Shown: positions 38,234 through 47,614 of the stretch, one piece after another
Layout: each line of letters opens with the position of its first letter
Numbering within the stretch: the stretch's first letter is position 1
Assembly: GCA_965203855.1 (NCBI GenBank)
Contig: CBDBDN010000005.1
Coordinates: 577,804 to 641,803, forward strand
Direction: 5' to 3'
Source: Dehalococcoidia bacterium
GTDB taxonomy: Bacteria; Chloroflexota; Dehalococcoidia; Lucifugimonadales; UBA3495
DNA: 64,000 bases
Position numbers and translations under genes: made by a program
The notes under the pieces: generated by a model
The model's input: the letters and a program-made list of their open reading frames with translations, nothing else
Told to the model about the DNA's origin: nothing
Database searches by the model: none

Positions 38234-41200
38234 ATGACTGCCATCCTGCAACTGGGCTATGTGCTGGCGCGGCGGCGTCTGATGGCGTCGTTCCGCATTG
38301 AGCTAACGGTGCTGCTGGGGGTTACGCTGGCGGTGCTGCTGCTGGCCAGCGCGGCGGTTTTCAACGACCTGCTGGCAGAAACCGCACTGCGCCGCACCCT
38401 GTCCGAAGCAGCGCCGGGGGATGTCAACGCCTGGGTGCGCGTTTTCAACAGCCTGGACGACCCGCGCACGGCCACCGCCAACAGCGACCGCTATCTCACT
38501 TCCCGGCGGTTTGTCCGGGAACGCGTGCTGGATCCGCTGGATTACGCCTTTGCCGAAACCTCTTTCCAGATTGAAACCTCTACTTTCTACTTTGCCGGCC
38601 GCCCCAACTTGGACTTGCCCAACGACCGGCGTCCGCGGGGCCGGCTGCAATATCTTTCCGGCCTGCAAGCCAGCCCGGATGGTACAGAGGGCAAGGCGAC
38701 GCTGGCCGCCGGCCGCTGGCCCGCCCTGCCGGAAAACCCCGGCTACGATGACGCCTCCGGCGACACCGACGGCATCGTTATTGAGGTAGCGGTTGACGCC
38801 GCCGGACTAGAGTTCCTGGGCCTCCCGCTGGGCGAAACCTTTCAGATTTTCCCGGCCACCGGCGGCGCCGGGCAGCACTCTACCCCCGTGCGAGTGGTCG
38901 GCATCGTTGAGCCGGTGAACCCCGATGCTGAATACTGGTTCCGCCGCGACAAACTGCTAACTTACCACGATGAGAACTGGACGCTGGTGCCGCTCTTTAC
39001 AGCAGAATCCGCGCTGCGGCAGCAGGTAGGACGCCGCTACCCCGGCATCTACACCAGTTCAGCCTGGTTCCTGCAAACCGACCGGCTGGGCGTGCGCGCC
39101 GGCCGGGTGGACGACCTGCAAGACGATCTCCGCCGGATGCGCCGCGCCGTCAACAACGACCTGCCCAACGGCAGCGCATCCACCGGCCTGCCCCGCATCC
39201 TGGAGGATTACGAGGAACAGCTGCTGCTGGCCCGCATCCCGCTGTTTCTGATGGTTTTCCTGGTAGCCGGCATACTAGCGTACTATCTGACGATTACCGC
39301 CGGAATGGTCATCCGCGCCCGTTCTGCCGAAATCGCAATGCTGAAAAGCCGGGGCGCCACAACTCTGCAAATCGGCATCCTTACTCTAGTGGAGGGGCTG
39401 CTGCTGGCCGGCCCGGCATTGGCGGCCGGCACGCTGTTATCGCCGCTGCTGGCCCGCGCCCTGGGCGGGCTGGTATTCGACGCCGCTTGGACGGGCGCGC
39501 CGGTGTCGCTGTCCTGGACGGCTGTCGGGTTGGGCGCCGCCGGCGCGCTGCTGGCCGTCGTCGTGCTGTCGCTGGCCACGCTGGCGGCAGCCCGCAAAGG
39601 CATTGTTGAATTCCGCCAGGCCGGCGCGCGCCCGGCGCGGACGCCCTTTGTCCATCGCTACTATCTGGATCTGCTGGCGTTGGCGGTCATCGCCCTGCTG
39701 TGGTGGCAGATTTCCAGCCGCGGCACGGCGTTGACCCGCAGCCTGGGCAGCCGGGAGCTGGAAGTGGATTTCACGCTGCTGCTCGGCCCGGCATTGGGAT
39801 TGATTGCGCTGGGGCTGCTGGTGATGCGGCTGTTCCCGTTGGCCGCCGGCCTGTCTTCGCGGATTGTCGGCCCCGTTGGCCCCGGCTGGCTGGTGCAAGG
39901 GCTGCGCCGCATCGCGCGCGACCCCATCGCGCCCGGCAGCCTGGTTGCCTTGCTGATGCTGGCCACCGCGCTGGGCGTAGTCGGCAGCGCATTCTCCGCA
40001 ACGCTTACCCGCAGCCAGGACGACCGCATCCGCTACGCAGTAGGCGCCGACGTCCGCATAATGCACGACGGCGCCCGCCGCAACCGGGCCAGCGCTGGCG
40101 CATCGCAGCAAATCCCCCAATCCGCCGAAGTGATGCGAACCGAGGGCAGCCTGCTCACCGAAGCATTCGGCTCGCAGCGCATATCGGTGCTGGCGGTAGA
40201 ATCGGATCGTTTCGCTTCCGCAGCGTGGTGGCGTCCCGATTTCAGCGACGGCAGTACGCTGCCGGAGCTGATGACCCGGATTACGCCCGCATCCGGCGCA
40301 GCATCGCCCGGGTTGGCCCTGCCGCCGGGCACTGAGTCGCTGGCGTTGTGGGCGCGGACGGGCGGCTTTCAAGAGCGGCTCATCAGCGTCGCCGCGCGTA
40401 TCCGGGACGGCTCCGGGCGTCATTATGATGTCCCCATTGGCGATGTCAGCGGCTACGGATGGCAGCAGATTGAGGAAAGCATCGCCCTGCGGCCGGGACG
40501 TCCCGGACGGGAAAGCGAAGCCGCCGTCCGCCCCCGGCTGGACGAACCCCCGCATACGCTGATTAACTTACAGGTTATTGGACGCACCGCCAGCGACCGC
40601 CCCGGCGTCCTGTACCTGAACGGTTTGGAAGCCCGTACCGATGCGGATGCCAATGCCGACGCAGTTCCGGTAGCCCCCCTGGAATCGGCGGCCGGCTGGA
40701 ATGCGATTGAGGACTATGTGCGTCCCGGCCTCTATTCGCTGGAAACCAGTTCCGGCGTAGCCCGGCCGGGCGGCGGCGGCTCGGCGGTATTCAGCTGGTC
40801 GCCGGGCGGCATTGGCGCGCCGGGCTTGTATCCCGGCGCGGTTGCGCCGCCGCTGCCCGCCATCGTCAGCCCCGGCATCCTGGAAGCCACCGGCGCATCC
40901 ATTGGCGACCGCATCAGCCTTGGAATGTCCACTTTTGCGCTGCCCATCGAAATTGTCGGCGTCGCCGCATTTTTCCCGACCGTCGACCCCAGAGAGCAGC
41001 CTTTTGTGATTGCCGATCTGGACGGCTTTGTGGATTACGCCAACCGGCACAGCCGGCGCGTTTTCGGCGGCGCCGGCGAATTGTGGGTCAACGCCGGCAT
41101 CGCCCCCGGCGACCGCGCCGCCGCCCAGGACGCGGCGCAGCGCGCGGCGGCGGCAGTGTCCGGCCTCGGACTGAACATCAGCCGCACTATAGTTGCCGAA

Positions 41201-41671
41201 AGCGAGGCCGAACTGCGCGCCCGCCAGCCCCTGGCCAACGCCGGCTGGGGCGGCTTGCTGGTGATTATGTTCCTGGCGCTGGTGCTGGCCAGCGCATCCG
41301 GCATCGCCCTGTTCTGCTGGCTGGACACGCGGGAACGCCAGACCGAGTTCGCCCTGCTGCGGACGCTGGGCAGCAGCCGAGGCCAGCTCAACGCCGTCGT
41401 CTGGTTCAACCTGGCCGTAGTGGTAATCGCCGGCGTCGCCGTCGGCACCTGGGCCGGCGCGCAAATCGGAGCCGCGTTGCTGCCGGTGCTGGAAGTATCC
41501 GAGGGCGGCGTCCGGGCCACGCCGCCGCTGACGCTGGAAACCGACTGGCGGATGCTGGCCCTGGCCTACGCCGTGCTGGGCGGCGTCAGCATCGTAACGG
41601 TAATCTGGCTGGCAGTTGTAACCGGCCGGCTGGAAGTGCAGCGGGTGCTGCGCGCCGGCGAAGGCGGCTAG
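38234..41671 (+). CDS. large double-FtsX-domain ABC transporter permease, permease 2
   Basis: 1145 aa with the same architecture as permease 1 (IAMLKSRGATTLQIGILTLVEGLLLAG; C-terminal EFALLRTLGSSRGQLNAVVWFNLAVV). Confidence 0.8.
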   Translation: MTAILQLGYVLARRRLMASFRIELTVLLGVTLAVLLLASAAVFNDLLAETALRRTLSEAAPGDVNAWVRVFNSLDDPRTATANSDRYLTSRRFVRERVLDPLDYAFAETSFQIETSTFYFAGRPNLDLPNDRRPRGRLQYLSGLQASPDGTEGKATLAAGRWPALPENPGYDDASGDTDGIVIEVAVDAAGLEFLGLPLGETFQIFPATGGAGQHSTPVRVVGIVEPVNPDAEYWFRRDKLLTYHDENWTLVPLFTAESALRQQVGRRYPGIYTSSAWFLQTDRLGVRAGRVDDLQDDLRRMRRAVNNDLPNGSASTGLPRILEDYEEQLLLARIPLFLMVFLVAGILAYYLTITAGMVIRARSAEIAMLKSRGATTLQIGILTLVEGLLLAGPALAAGTLLSPLLARALGGLVFDAAWTGAPVSLSWTAVGLGAAGALLAVVVLSLATLAAARKGIVEFRQAGARPARTPFVHRYYLDLLALAVIALLWWQISSRGTALTRSLGSRELEVDFTLLLGPALGLIALGLLVMRLFPLAAGLSSRIVGPVGPGWLVQGLRRIARDPIAPGSLVALLMLATALGVVGSAFSATLTRSQDDRIRYAVGADVRIMHDGARRNRASAGASQQIPQSAEVMRTEGSLLTEAFGSQRISVLAVESDRFASAAWWRPDFSDGSTLPELMTRITPASGAASPGLALPPGTESLALWARTGGFQERLISVAARIRDGSGRHYDVPIGDVSGYGWQQIEESIALRPGRPGRESEAAVRPRLDEPPHTLINLQVIGRTASDRPGVLYLNGLEARTDADANADAVPVAPLESAAGWNAIEDYVRPGLYSLETSSGVARPGGGGSAVFSWSPGGIGAPGLYPGAVAPPLPAIVSPGILEATGASIGDRISLGMSTFALPIEIVGVAAFFPTVDPREQPFVIADLDGFVDYANRHSRRVFGGAGELWVNAGIAPGDRAAAQDAAQRAAAAVSGLGLNISRTIVAESEAELRARQPLANAGWGGLLVIMFLALVLASASGIALFCWLDTRERQTEFALLRTLGSSRGQLNAVVWFNLAVVVIAGVAVGTWAGAQIGAALLPVLEVSEGGVRATPPLTLETDWRMLALAYAVLGGVSIVTVIWLAVVTGRLEVQRVLRAGEGG

Positions 41672-41838
41672 ACGGCGCAAAAACGCAATACTATAATGTC
41701 CGGCGGTGCGGAGTTCCGATTCAGTCCGGTTCAGCTAGACAGAATATTTCCAGAGGGATTATGCAAATGCCCAATGTTATTGCCAGCCGGCGGCCCATCC
41801 GCGGCTGCTTCCGTATCGCTTCCACAGCCCTGAAAGTC

Positions 41839-41874
41839 GGGGGGGGGGGGGGGGGGGGGGGGGGGAGAGAGAGA
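41839..41874. repeat. G27 homopolymer followed by (GA)5
   Basis: Counted directly: 27 G (41839-41865), then GAGAGAGAGA overlapping the last G. It occupies the position of GTGGGGGTGGGGAGATG in the paralogous copy. Confidence 0.95.
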
Positions 41875-41897
41875 AACGCTTCCCCCTGCTGGCGGCG

Positions 41898-43697
41898 TTG
41901 GCAGTATTAGTCTGCGCTTCATCCCTGTTCTCCGCCGGGTCGGGGCCGGCATTAGCGCAAGACCGTTGGCTGGATTTGCCGGCGCCGACCGGCGTGGCGG
42001 CAGTTAACGGCGCAAATCCGGGCGAAGTGATAATTTCCTGGAACCCGGTTGCCGGCGCCGCTTACTACCGCATCGCCTGGATTGCCGCCGCCGATGCGGA
42101 CGCGATAGCCGAAAGCGGCGGCGACTGGCTGGCAGCAATCGCTTATACCAACATATCCGCCGTTACTGATACCGGTACTGATACGGATTCCGATATACGG
42201 CATACCTTGGCCCGCCTCAACCCGGGCGTGCGCTATACTTTTCTGGTGGGCAGCTTGCGCGTCAAATCGGGAACGCCGTCCTGGTCGTCGCCGGCCGAAC
42301 TTAACCTGACTATGGGCGCTCTAATCCCAGACAAGTTTCGCGAAATTACCGTGCCGGTAGGCTTAACGGTCAATGAACCGGGAGCATTTGGCGGCTATAC
42401 TTTGGTCACTGCCCTTTATAAAGGAATCAGTTTTTTGATTGACGCAGGCGGACAGTTGATACGCCGCTGGGATCATACGATTATCCATACGCGGCTGCTT
42501 GAGAATGGCAATCTGCTGGGAACAAGCAGAGAAGGCGTGATTTATGAAATTGACCCGGCAGGCAATCTGCTGTGGGAATACCAGCATCCTAAGAGGCAAC
42601 ATCACGACTTTCTGAAACTGCCTAATGGCAATGTGCTGCTGATAGTGCGGGAGCTCAAAACGCAAGCGGAAGCCGTCGCTGCCGGTGCCAACCCCGCATT
42701 CGCGAGTCCTGACGGGCTGTATAACGAAAGGATTATTGAAATTCGTCCCATCTATCCGGATCACGCCGAAGTCGTCTGGGAATGGTCGCTATGGGACCAT
42801 CTGGTGCAGGATTACGATCCCTCCAAAGTCAACTTCGGGATCGTCGCCGAACATCCGGAACTAGTTGACATCAACTATAACCTGCGTCAAATGGCGCGTA
42901 CGGGACGAACTAGCCCCACCGACTGGACGCACGCCAACGGCCTGGACTACAACCCGGCACTGGACCAGATTCTGTTTTCGCCGCGCAATATGAGCGAAAT
43001 CTGGATTATTGACCACAGTACTACTACCGAGGAAGCCGCCGGACATACCGGGGGCAACGGCGGCAGAGGCGGCGATTTGCTGTATCGCTGGGGCAATCCG
43101 CAAGCGTATCGGGCCGGCGCATTCGCCGACCAGCAGCTGTTCTGGCAGCATAATCCCTACTGGATACCGGAAGGATTGCCTGGCGCCGGCAACATCCTGA
43201 TTTTCAACAACGGCGACGGGTATGAGGGGCGTTATCTGGATCATTCGTCGGTGGTGGAGATAACGCCGCCGGTATCCGGCTACGGCTACGCCAGAAATGA
43301 GGCCGGCGGCATCCGCTACGGCCCGTCCCTGCCGGCGTGGACTTATACGGCGGAACATCCCCCCGACTTTTTATCGCGGCGGTTTTCCAACGCACAGCGG
43401 CTGCCCAACGGCAACACAATGATCGTCAGCGGGCAGGACGGCGTGATTTTTGAGGTAACGCCGGATGGCGCCATGGTGTGGCGGTATGTGAATCCGGTAG
43501 TCGGCTGGGGGGCGATTTATCAAGGCGACCCGATCCGAGTAGCACTAGCCCCGCAAGGGCGCGCTGGCGGCGCGGGCCCGTTCTGGCGGAATTTCATCTA
43601 CCGCGCTTATCGCTACGCGCCGAACTATCCGGGACTGCAACATTATGACTTGACGCCCAAAGGCACCGTGGAACGCTATCGCAATGACGGGCAATAG
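41898..43697 (+). CDS. secreted FN3 + arylsulfotransferase (ASST)-like beta-propeller protein, copy 1 (start codon uncertain or lost)
   Basis: 599-aa ORF from a TTG. The signal-peptide remnant KRFPLLAALAVLVCASS..ALA-QD continues upstream with no ATG. FN3-like N-terminal domain. Propeller motifs ENGNLL, HHDFLKLPNGNVL, WEWSLWDH, THANGLDYNPALDQILFSPRNMSEIWIIDHS, LPNGNTMI. Confidence 0.6.
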   Translation: MAVLVCASSLFSAGSGPALAQDRWLDLPAPTGVAAVNGANPGEVIISWNPVAGAAYYRIAWIAAADADAIAESGGDWLAAIAYTNISAVTDTGTDTDSDIRHTLARLNPGVRYTFLVGSLRVKSGTPSWSSPAELNLTMGALIPDKFREITVPVGLTVNEPGAFGGYTLVTALYKGISFLIDAGGQLIRRWDHTIIHTRLLENGNLLGTSREGVIYEIDPAGNLLWEYQHPKRQHHDFLKLPNGNVLLIVRELKTQAEAVAAGANPAFASPDGLYNERIIEIRPIYPDHAEVVWEWSLWDHLVQDYDPSKVNFGIVAEHPELVDINYNLRQMARTGRTSPTDWTHANGLDYNPALDQILFSPRNMSEIWIIDHSTTTEEAAGHTGGNGGRGGDLLYRWGNPQAYRAGAFADQQLFWQHNPYWIPEGLPGAGNILIFNNGDGYEGRYLDHSSVVEITPPVSGYGYARNEAGGIRYGPSLPAWTYTAEHPPDFLSRRFSNAQRLPNGNTMIVSGQDGVIFEVTPDGAMVWRYVNPVVGWGAIYQGDPIRVALAPQGRAGGAGPFWRNFIYRAYRYAPNYPGLQHYDLTPKGTVERYRNDGQ

Positions 43698-43736
43698 GCC
43701 GGCGATTTCCGCTTTTGGCTGGCCGCCGGCTTTATG

Positions 43737-43816
43737 GGGCGGATTCCGGCCTGCGCCCAAATGACGGTTAGGGGGCCGGAATAACGGTATTGGTAGGTAG
43801 CCGGAATGATGGCGTT
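43737..43816. repeat. family-A repeats (reverse orientation) inside duplication unit 1
   Basis: GGATTCCGGCCTGCGCCCAAATGACGG, CCGGAATAACGG, CCGGAATGATGG. Confidence 0.7.
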
Positions 43817-44153
43817 GCAAAAAGTATGACGGCGCAGAGCGGCGGAACGATAGCGTGATGCGGTATAATAGCCCCCGCTTTGCGTTGCCCGCGCCCGACT
43901 GCGGCAATCCCCGGCGCAGCGCAAGCCCGTCCGCAATGGCATCAGCAAACTACAACGACGCCAACAACGCCCGTTCCGGCAGCGACGACTACCGTCGGCA
44001 GTTTATGCCCCCGGAACGCCGCAGCCGCGCCGGCCGGCCCGACGCCCCACGACTAGAGATTATGCAAATGCCCGATGTTACCGCTAATCGGCGGCCCGGC
44101 CGCAGCCGTTTCCCGATTAGATCCACTGCCCTGAAAGTCGTGGGGGTGGGGAG

Positions 44154-46094
44154 ATGAAACGCTTCCTCTTGCCGGCGGCATTAGCGGTAGCGGCGTTAGC
44201 GGTATTAGTTTGCGCCCTGCTCCTGCTCGCCGCCGGGCCAAAGCCGGCAGCAGTGCTGGACCGCTGGCTGGATTTGCCGGCGCCGACCGGCATTGCGGTC
44301 GTCAACGGCGAAAATCCGGGCGAAGTGATTATCTCTTGGAACCCGGTTGACGGCGCCGCTTTCTACCGCATCGCCTGGATTGCCGCCGCCGATGCGGATG
44401 CGATAACCGAAAACGGCGGCGACTGGCTGGATGCCATCGCCTATACCAACATATCCGCTGCTGCCGATACGGATACTGCTGCCGATACGGATGCCGATGC
44501 CGATACCGATACGGATGCCGATACCGATACCGATACGAATGCCGATACCGATACGGATGTCTATGCCGATACGGATGCCAATACCGATGACGATACTGGC
44601 ACACAGCATACCTTGACCCGCCTCAACCCGGGCGCCCGCTATACTTTTCTGGTCGGCAGCCTGCGCGTCAAAAACGGAACGCCGTACTGGTCGGCGCCGG
44701 CCGAACTTAACCTGACTACGGGCGTGCTGCCCTATGACCCGTTCCGCCGCAGCACCGTGCCGGTGGGCCTGACTGCCAATGAACCGGGCGCATTTGGCGG
44801 ATATACTCTGTTTGCGGCGCGGAACGAGACACCCTATCTAGTTGACGCGGACGGCCATCTGGTACACCACTGGGATGCTGCGGAGATCATTCATGCTCGT
44901 CTGCTTGAAAACGGCAATCTGTTGGGATCTGATTACGATGGGACGATCTATGAAATTGACCCGGCGGGCAATTTGCTGTGGGAATACCGGTATCCTATCT
45001 GGCAGCATCACGACTTTCTGAAACTGCCTAATGGCAATGTGCTGATGATAGTGCGGGAGCTCAAAACGCAGGCGGAAGCCGTCGCCGCCGGCGCCAACCC
45101 CGCATTCGTGAGTCCTGAGGGGCTGAACAACGAAAGGATTATTGAAGTTCGTCCCATCTACCCGGACCGCGCCGAAGTCGTCTGGGAATGGTCGCTATGG
45201 GACCATCTGGTGCAGGATTACGATCCCTCCAAAGCTAACTACGGAAACGTATCCGAACACCCGGAACTGGTTGACATTAACTATACCCTGCGGCAGCTGT
45301 CTCTGACGCAGCGAGCAACCAAAGATGACCTGCTGCACGCCAACGGATTGGATTACCACCCGGAGCTGGACCAGATTATGTTTTCGGCGCGCAATATGAG
45401 CGAAATCTGGATCATTGACCACAGTACTACTATCGCGGAAGCCGCCGGGCATAGCGGCGGCAACGGCGGCAAGGGCGGCGATTTGCTGTATCGCTGGGGC
45501 AATCCCCAAACTTATCGCGCCGGCTCTTTCGCCGACCAGCAGCTGTTCTGGCAGCATAATCCTTACTGGATACCGGAAGGGTGGCCCGGCGCCGGCAACG
45601 TTCTGATTTTCAACAATGGCGACGAGTACGAAGGGCGTTATCTGGACTACTCGTCGGTGATAGAAATCACACTGCCGGCATCCGGCTACGGCTATGCAAT
45701 GGACGCGGGCGACGGCGTCCGCTACGGCCCAACCCAACCGGTCTGGACTTATACGGCGGAAAATCCCCCCGACTTTTTATCGCGGCGGCTTTCCAGCGCG
45801 CAACGCTTGCCCAACGGCAACACATTGGTCATCGACGGCTTGCAAGGCGTGATTTTTGAGGTTACGCCGGACGGCGCTACGGTGTGGCGGTATGTGAACC
45901 CGGTAGTAGGGAAAGGGCCGATTTACCAGGGCGGTACTATTGCAGTGGCGCAAACCGCGCGGGAGCAGCCGGGGCCGTTCTGGCGCAATGCCCTCTTTCG
46001 CGCCTACCGCTACGCGCCGGACTATCCGGGCCTGCAACACTACGATTTGACGCCCAAAGGCACCGTGGAACTCTATCCCGATGACGGGCAATAG
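44154..46094 (+). CDS. secreted FN3 + ASST-like beta-propeller protein, copy 2
   Basis: ATG with GGGGAG upstream. Signal peptide MKRFLLPAALAVAALAVLVCALLLLAAG. About 85 percent identical by eye to copy 1. Contains a D/T/A acidic repeat insertion. Confidence 0.65.
   Translation: MKRFLLPAALAVAALAVLVCALLLLAAGPKPAAVLDRWLDLPAPTGIAVVNGENPGEVIISWNPVDGAAFYRIAWIAAADADAITENGGDWLDAIAYTNISAAADTDTAADTDADADTDTDADTDTDTNADTDTDVYADTDANTDDDTGTQHTLTRLNPGARYTFLVGSLRVKNGTPYWSAPAELNLTTGVLPYDPFRRSTVPVGLTANEPGAFGGYTLFAARNETPYLVDADGHLVHHWDAAEIIHARLLENGNLLGSDYDGTIYEIDPAGNLLWEYRYPIWQHHDFLKLPNGNVLMIVRELKTQAEAVAAGANPAFVSPEGLNNERIIEVRPIYPDRAEVVWEWSLWDHLVQDYDPSKANYGNVSEHPELVDINYTLRQLSLTQRATKDDLLHANGLDYHPELDQIMFSARNMSEIWIIDHSTTIAEAAGHSGGNGGKGGDLLYRWGNPQTYRAGSFADQQLFWQHNPYWIPEGWPGAGNVLIFNNGDEYEGRYLDYSSVIEITLPASGYGYAMDAGDGVRYGPTQPVWTYTAENPPDFLSRRLSSAQRLPNGNTLVIDGLQGVIFEVTPDGATVWRYVNPVVGKGPIYQGGTIAVAQTAREQPGPFWRNALFRAYRYAPDYPGLQHYDLTPKGTVELYPDDGQ
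44464..44597 (+). repeat. in-frame hexanucleotide-type (GAT ACN / GAT GCC) microsatellite encoding (DT/DA)n
   Basis: Encodes ADTDTAADTDADADTDTDADTDTDTNADTDTDVYADTDANTDDDT, where copy 1 has only a short TDTGTDTDSD. Confidence 0.9.
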
Positions 46095-46137
46095 GCCGAC
46101 GGTTGCCCCTTTTTGCCTGGCCGTTTGCTTCCTTTAT

Positions 46138-46246
46138 GGGGCGGATTCCGGCTTGCGCCGGAATGACGGTATTGGTGGATAGCCGGAATGACGGTTAGGA
46201 TGCCGGAATGACGGTATTGGTGAATAGCCGAAACGATGGCGTTGCA
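46138..46246. repeat. family-A repeats (reverse orientation; 20-25-bp units) inside duplication unit 2
   Basis: GGATTCCGGCTTGCGCCGGAATGACGG, then three CCGGAATGACGGT-type units. Confidence 0.8.
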
Positions 46247-46434
46247 AAAAGTATGGCGGCGCAGCGGAGAGGCGAGATGATGGCGTGATGCGGTATAATA
46301 ATCCCCGCTTTGCGTTGCCCGCGCCCGACTGCGGCAATCTCCGGCGCAGCGCAAGCCCGTCCGCAATGGCATCAGCAAACTACAACGACGCCAACAACGC
46401 CCGTTCCCGCAGTGACGACTACCGCCGGCAGTTT

Positions 46435-47568
46435 ATGCCGCCGGAACGCCGCGGCAGCGCCCCCGCAGCGCCGGCCGACCCGCCCGATACTTCAATATCA
46501 GCGGCGGCGACGCCCGCGCCGTCGCAAATTGAACCGGAATCGGAACCCGCCCTTGCCGAACCTATCCCGCCGTCAGCATCGGAGAACGGCCGGCCGCCGC
46601 CCGACCTGGCGTTGGAAACGTCCCTGGCCGAATCCAACCTTGACGATGCGGCAGCCCCGGCCTATGTCGAGGCCAGCGACCTGTTCAAGATTTACAAGCC
46701 GGCCGACCTGGAAGTGGTGGCATTGCGCGGCGTTGATTTACAGGTTGCCGCCGGCGAACTGGTGGGCATCGTCGGCGCCAGCGGTTCGGGCAAGACGACG
46801 CTGCTGAACATCCTGGCCGGACTGGAACGCCCCTCCGCCGGCGGCATCCGCGTCGGCGCGCGCGACCTGCTGGACATCAGCGACCGCGACCTGGTGGAGT
46901 ACCGCCGGCGCGAAGTGGGTTTCGTCTGGCAGGCTACCGGGCGCAACCTGGTGCCGTATCTGAATGTGCGGGACAACATTGAGCTGCCCCAGGCCATCGC
47001 CGGCGTCGGCAAGCGGCAACGCCGGGAACGGGCCGCCGAACTGCTGGACGCCCTGCAAATGTCCGACAAGGCCCGCCGCTATCCCGCTGAGCTCTCCGGC
47101 GGCGAGCAGCAGCGCGTCGCCATCGCAGTGGCCTTGGCCAATCGCCCGCCGCTGCTGCTCGCCGACGAACCTACCGGAGAACTGGACACCAACATGGCCG
47201 AGGATGTGCTGCAAATGCTGCGGCGCATCAACCGCCGTTTCGGAGTTACCGTCATCATCGTTACGCATTACGCCGGCATCGCCCGTTGGGTAGATCGCGT
47301 AGTACGCATTCGCGACGGCCGCATCGGCTCCGAATCCTATCTGACGGCATCTTACCGGGGCGATGACGGGCAAGAGCAGGAGTATCTGGTAGTGGATCGG
47401 GCGGGCCGGCTGCAACTGCCCCGGGAGTATGTGGAACAGGTGTCAATGGACGGACTGGCCAGCGCCGGCATTGCCGCCGACGGCAGCGCCATCACCATCC
47501 GGCCCGCCGTTGCCCCGCAGCGCAGCCGCAGCCACCGCGAAACCGCCGACCGGGCGCCGGACTCCTAA
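46435..47568 (+). CDS. ABC transporter ATP-binding protein 1 (MacB/LolD-like) with a disordered Pro/Ala/Glu-rich N-terminal extension
   Basis: Walker [10 protein letters not shown], signature LSGGEQQRV, Walker B LLLADEPT. Start is uncertain: the ATG at 46435 is preferred because codons upstream of it lie in the duplicated leader. Confidence 0.8.
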   Translation: MPPERRGSAPAAPADPPDTSISAAATPAPSQIEPESEPALAEPIPPSASENGRPPPDLALETSLAESNLDDAAAPAYVEASDLFKIYKPADLEVVALRGVDLQVAAGELVGIVGASGSGKTTLLNILAGLERPSAGGIRVGARDLLDISDRDLVEYRRREVGFVWQATGRNLVPYLNVRDNIELPQAIAGVGKRQRRERAAELLDALQMSDKARRYPAELSGGEQQRVAIAVALANRPPLLLADEPTGELDTNMAEDVLQMLRRINRRFGVTVIIVTHYAGIARWVDRVVRIRDGRIGSESYLTASYRGDDGQEQEYLVVDRAGRLQLPREYVEQVSMDGLASAGIAADGSAITIRPAVAPQRSRSHRETADRAPDS

Positions 47569-47614
47569 GGCGCAGGGCATTCCCCAACCCGGACTTAACT
47601 AACTGCCGGACTTG

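Larger units (their letters stand above)
41757..44050 (+). repeat. tandem duplication unit 1 (upstream leader, propeller gene, downstream leader)
   Basis: Collinear with 44058-46485, from GATTATGCAAATGCCC through CCGGAACGCCGC. Confidence 0.85.
44058..46485 (+). repeat. tandem duplication unit 2
   Basis: See unit 1. It is longer because of the acidic repeat insertion and extra family-A units. Confidence 0.85.

Noticed and set aside
43925-43965. The GCAAACTACAACGACGCCAACAAC (ANYNDANNA) string considered as a tmRNA tag-like reading frame.
   Set aside because: There is no tRNA-like acceptor or T-arm, no ..LAA-stop ending, and it is present in two duplicated copies within an operon leader.
46285-46434. 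First 50 codons of the 427-aa ATPase 1 ORF, and the 100-aa ORF 43855-44157.
   Set aside because: The same DNA is duplicated upstream of propeller copy 2, where it cannot be an ATPase N-terminus. It starts right after a TATAAT-like element and is more likely a 5' leader. A short coupled uORF cannot be excluded.
41757-46485. The propeller paralogs considered as the variable-repeat / template-repeat pair of a diversity-generating retroelement.
   Set aside because: There is no reverse transcriptase gene in the window. Differences between the copies are spread over the whole gene and are not restricted to adenine positions in a short C-terminal segment.
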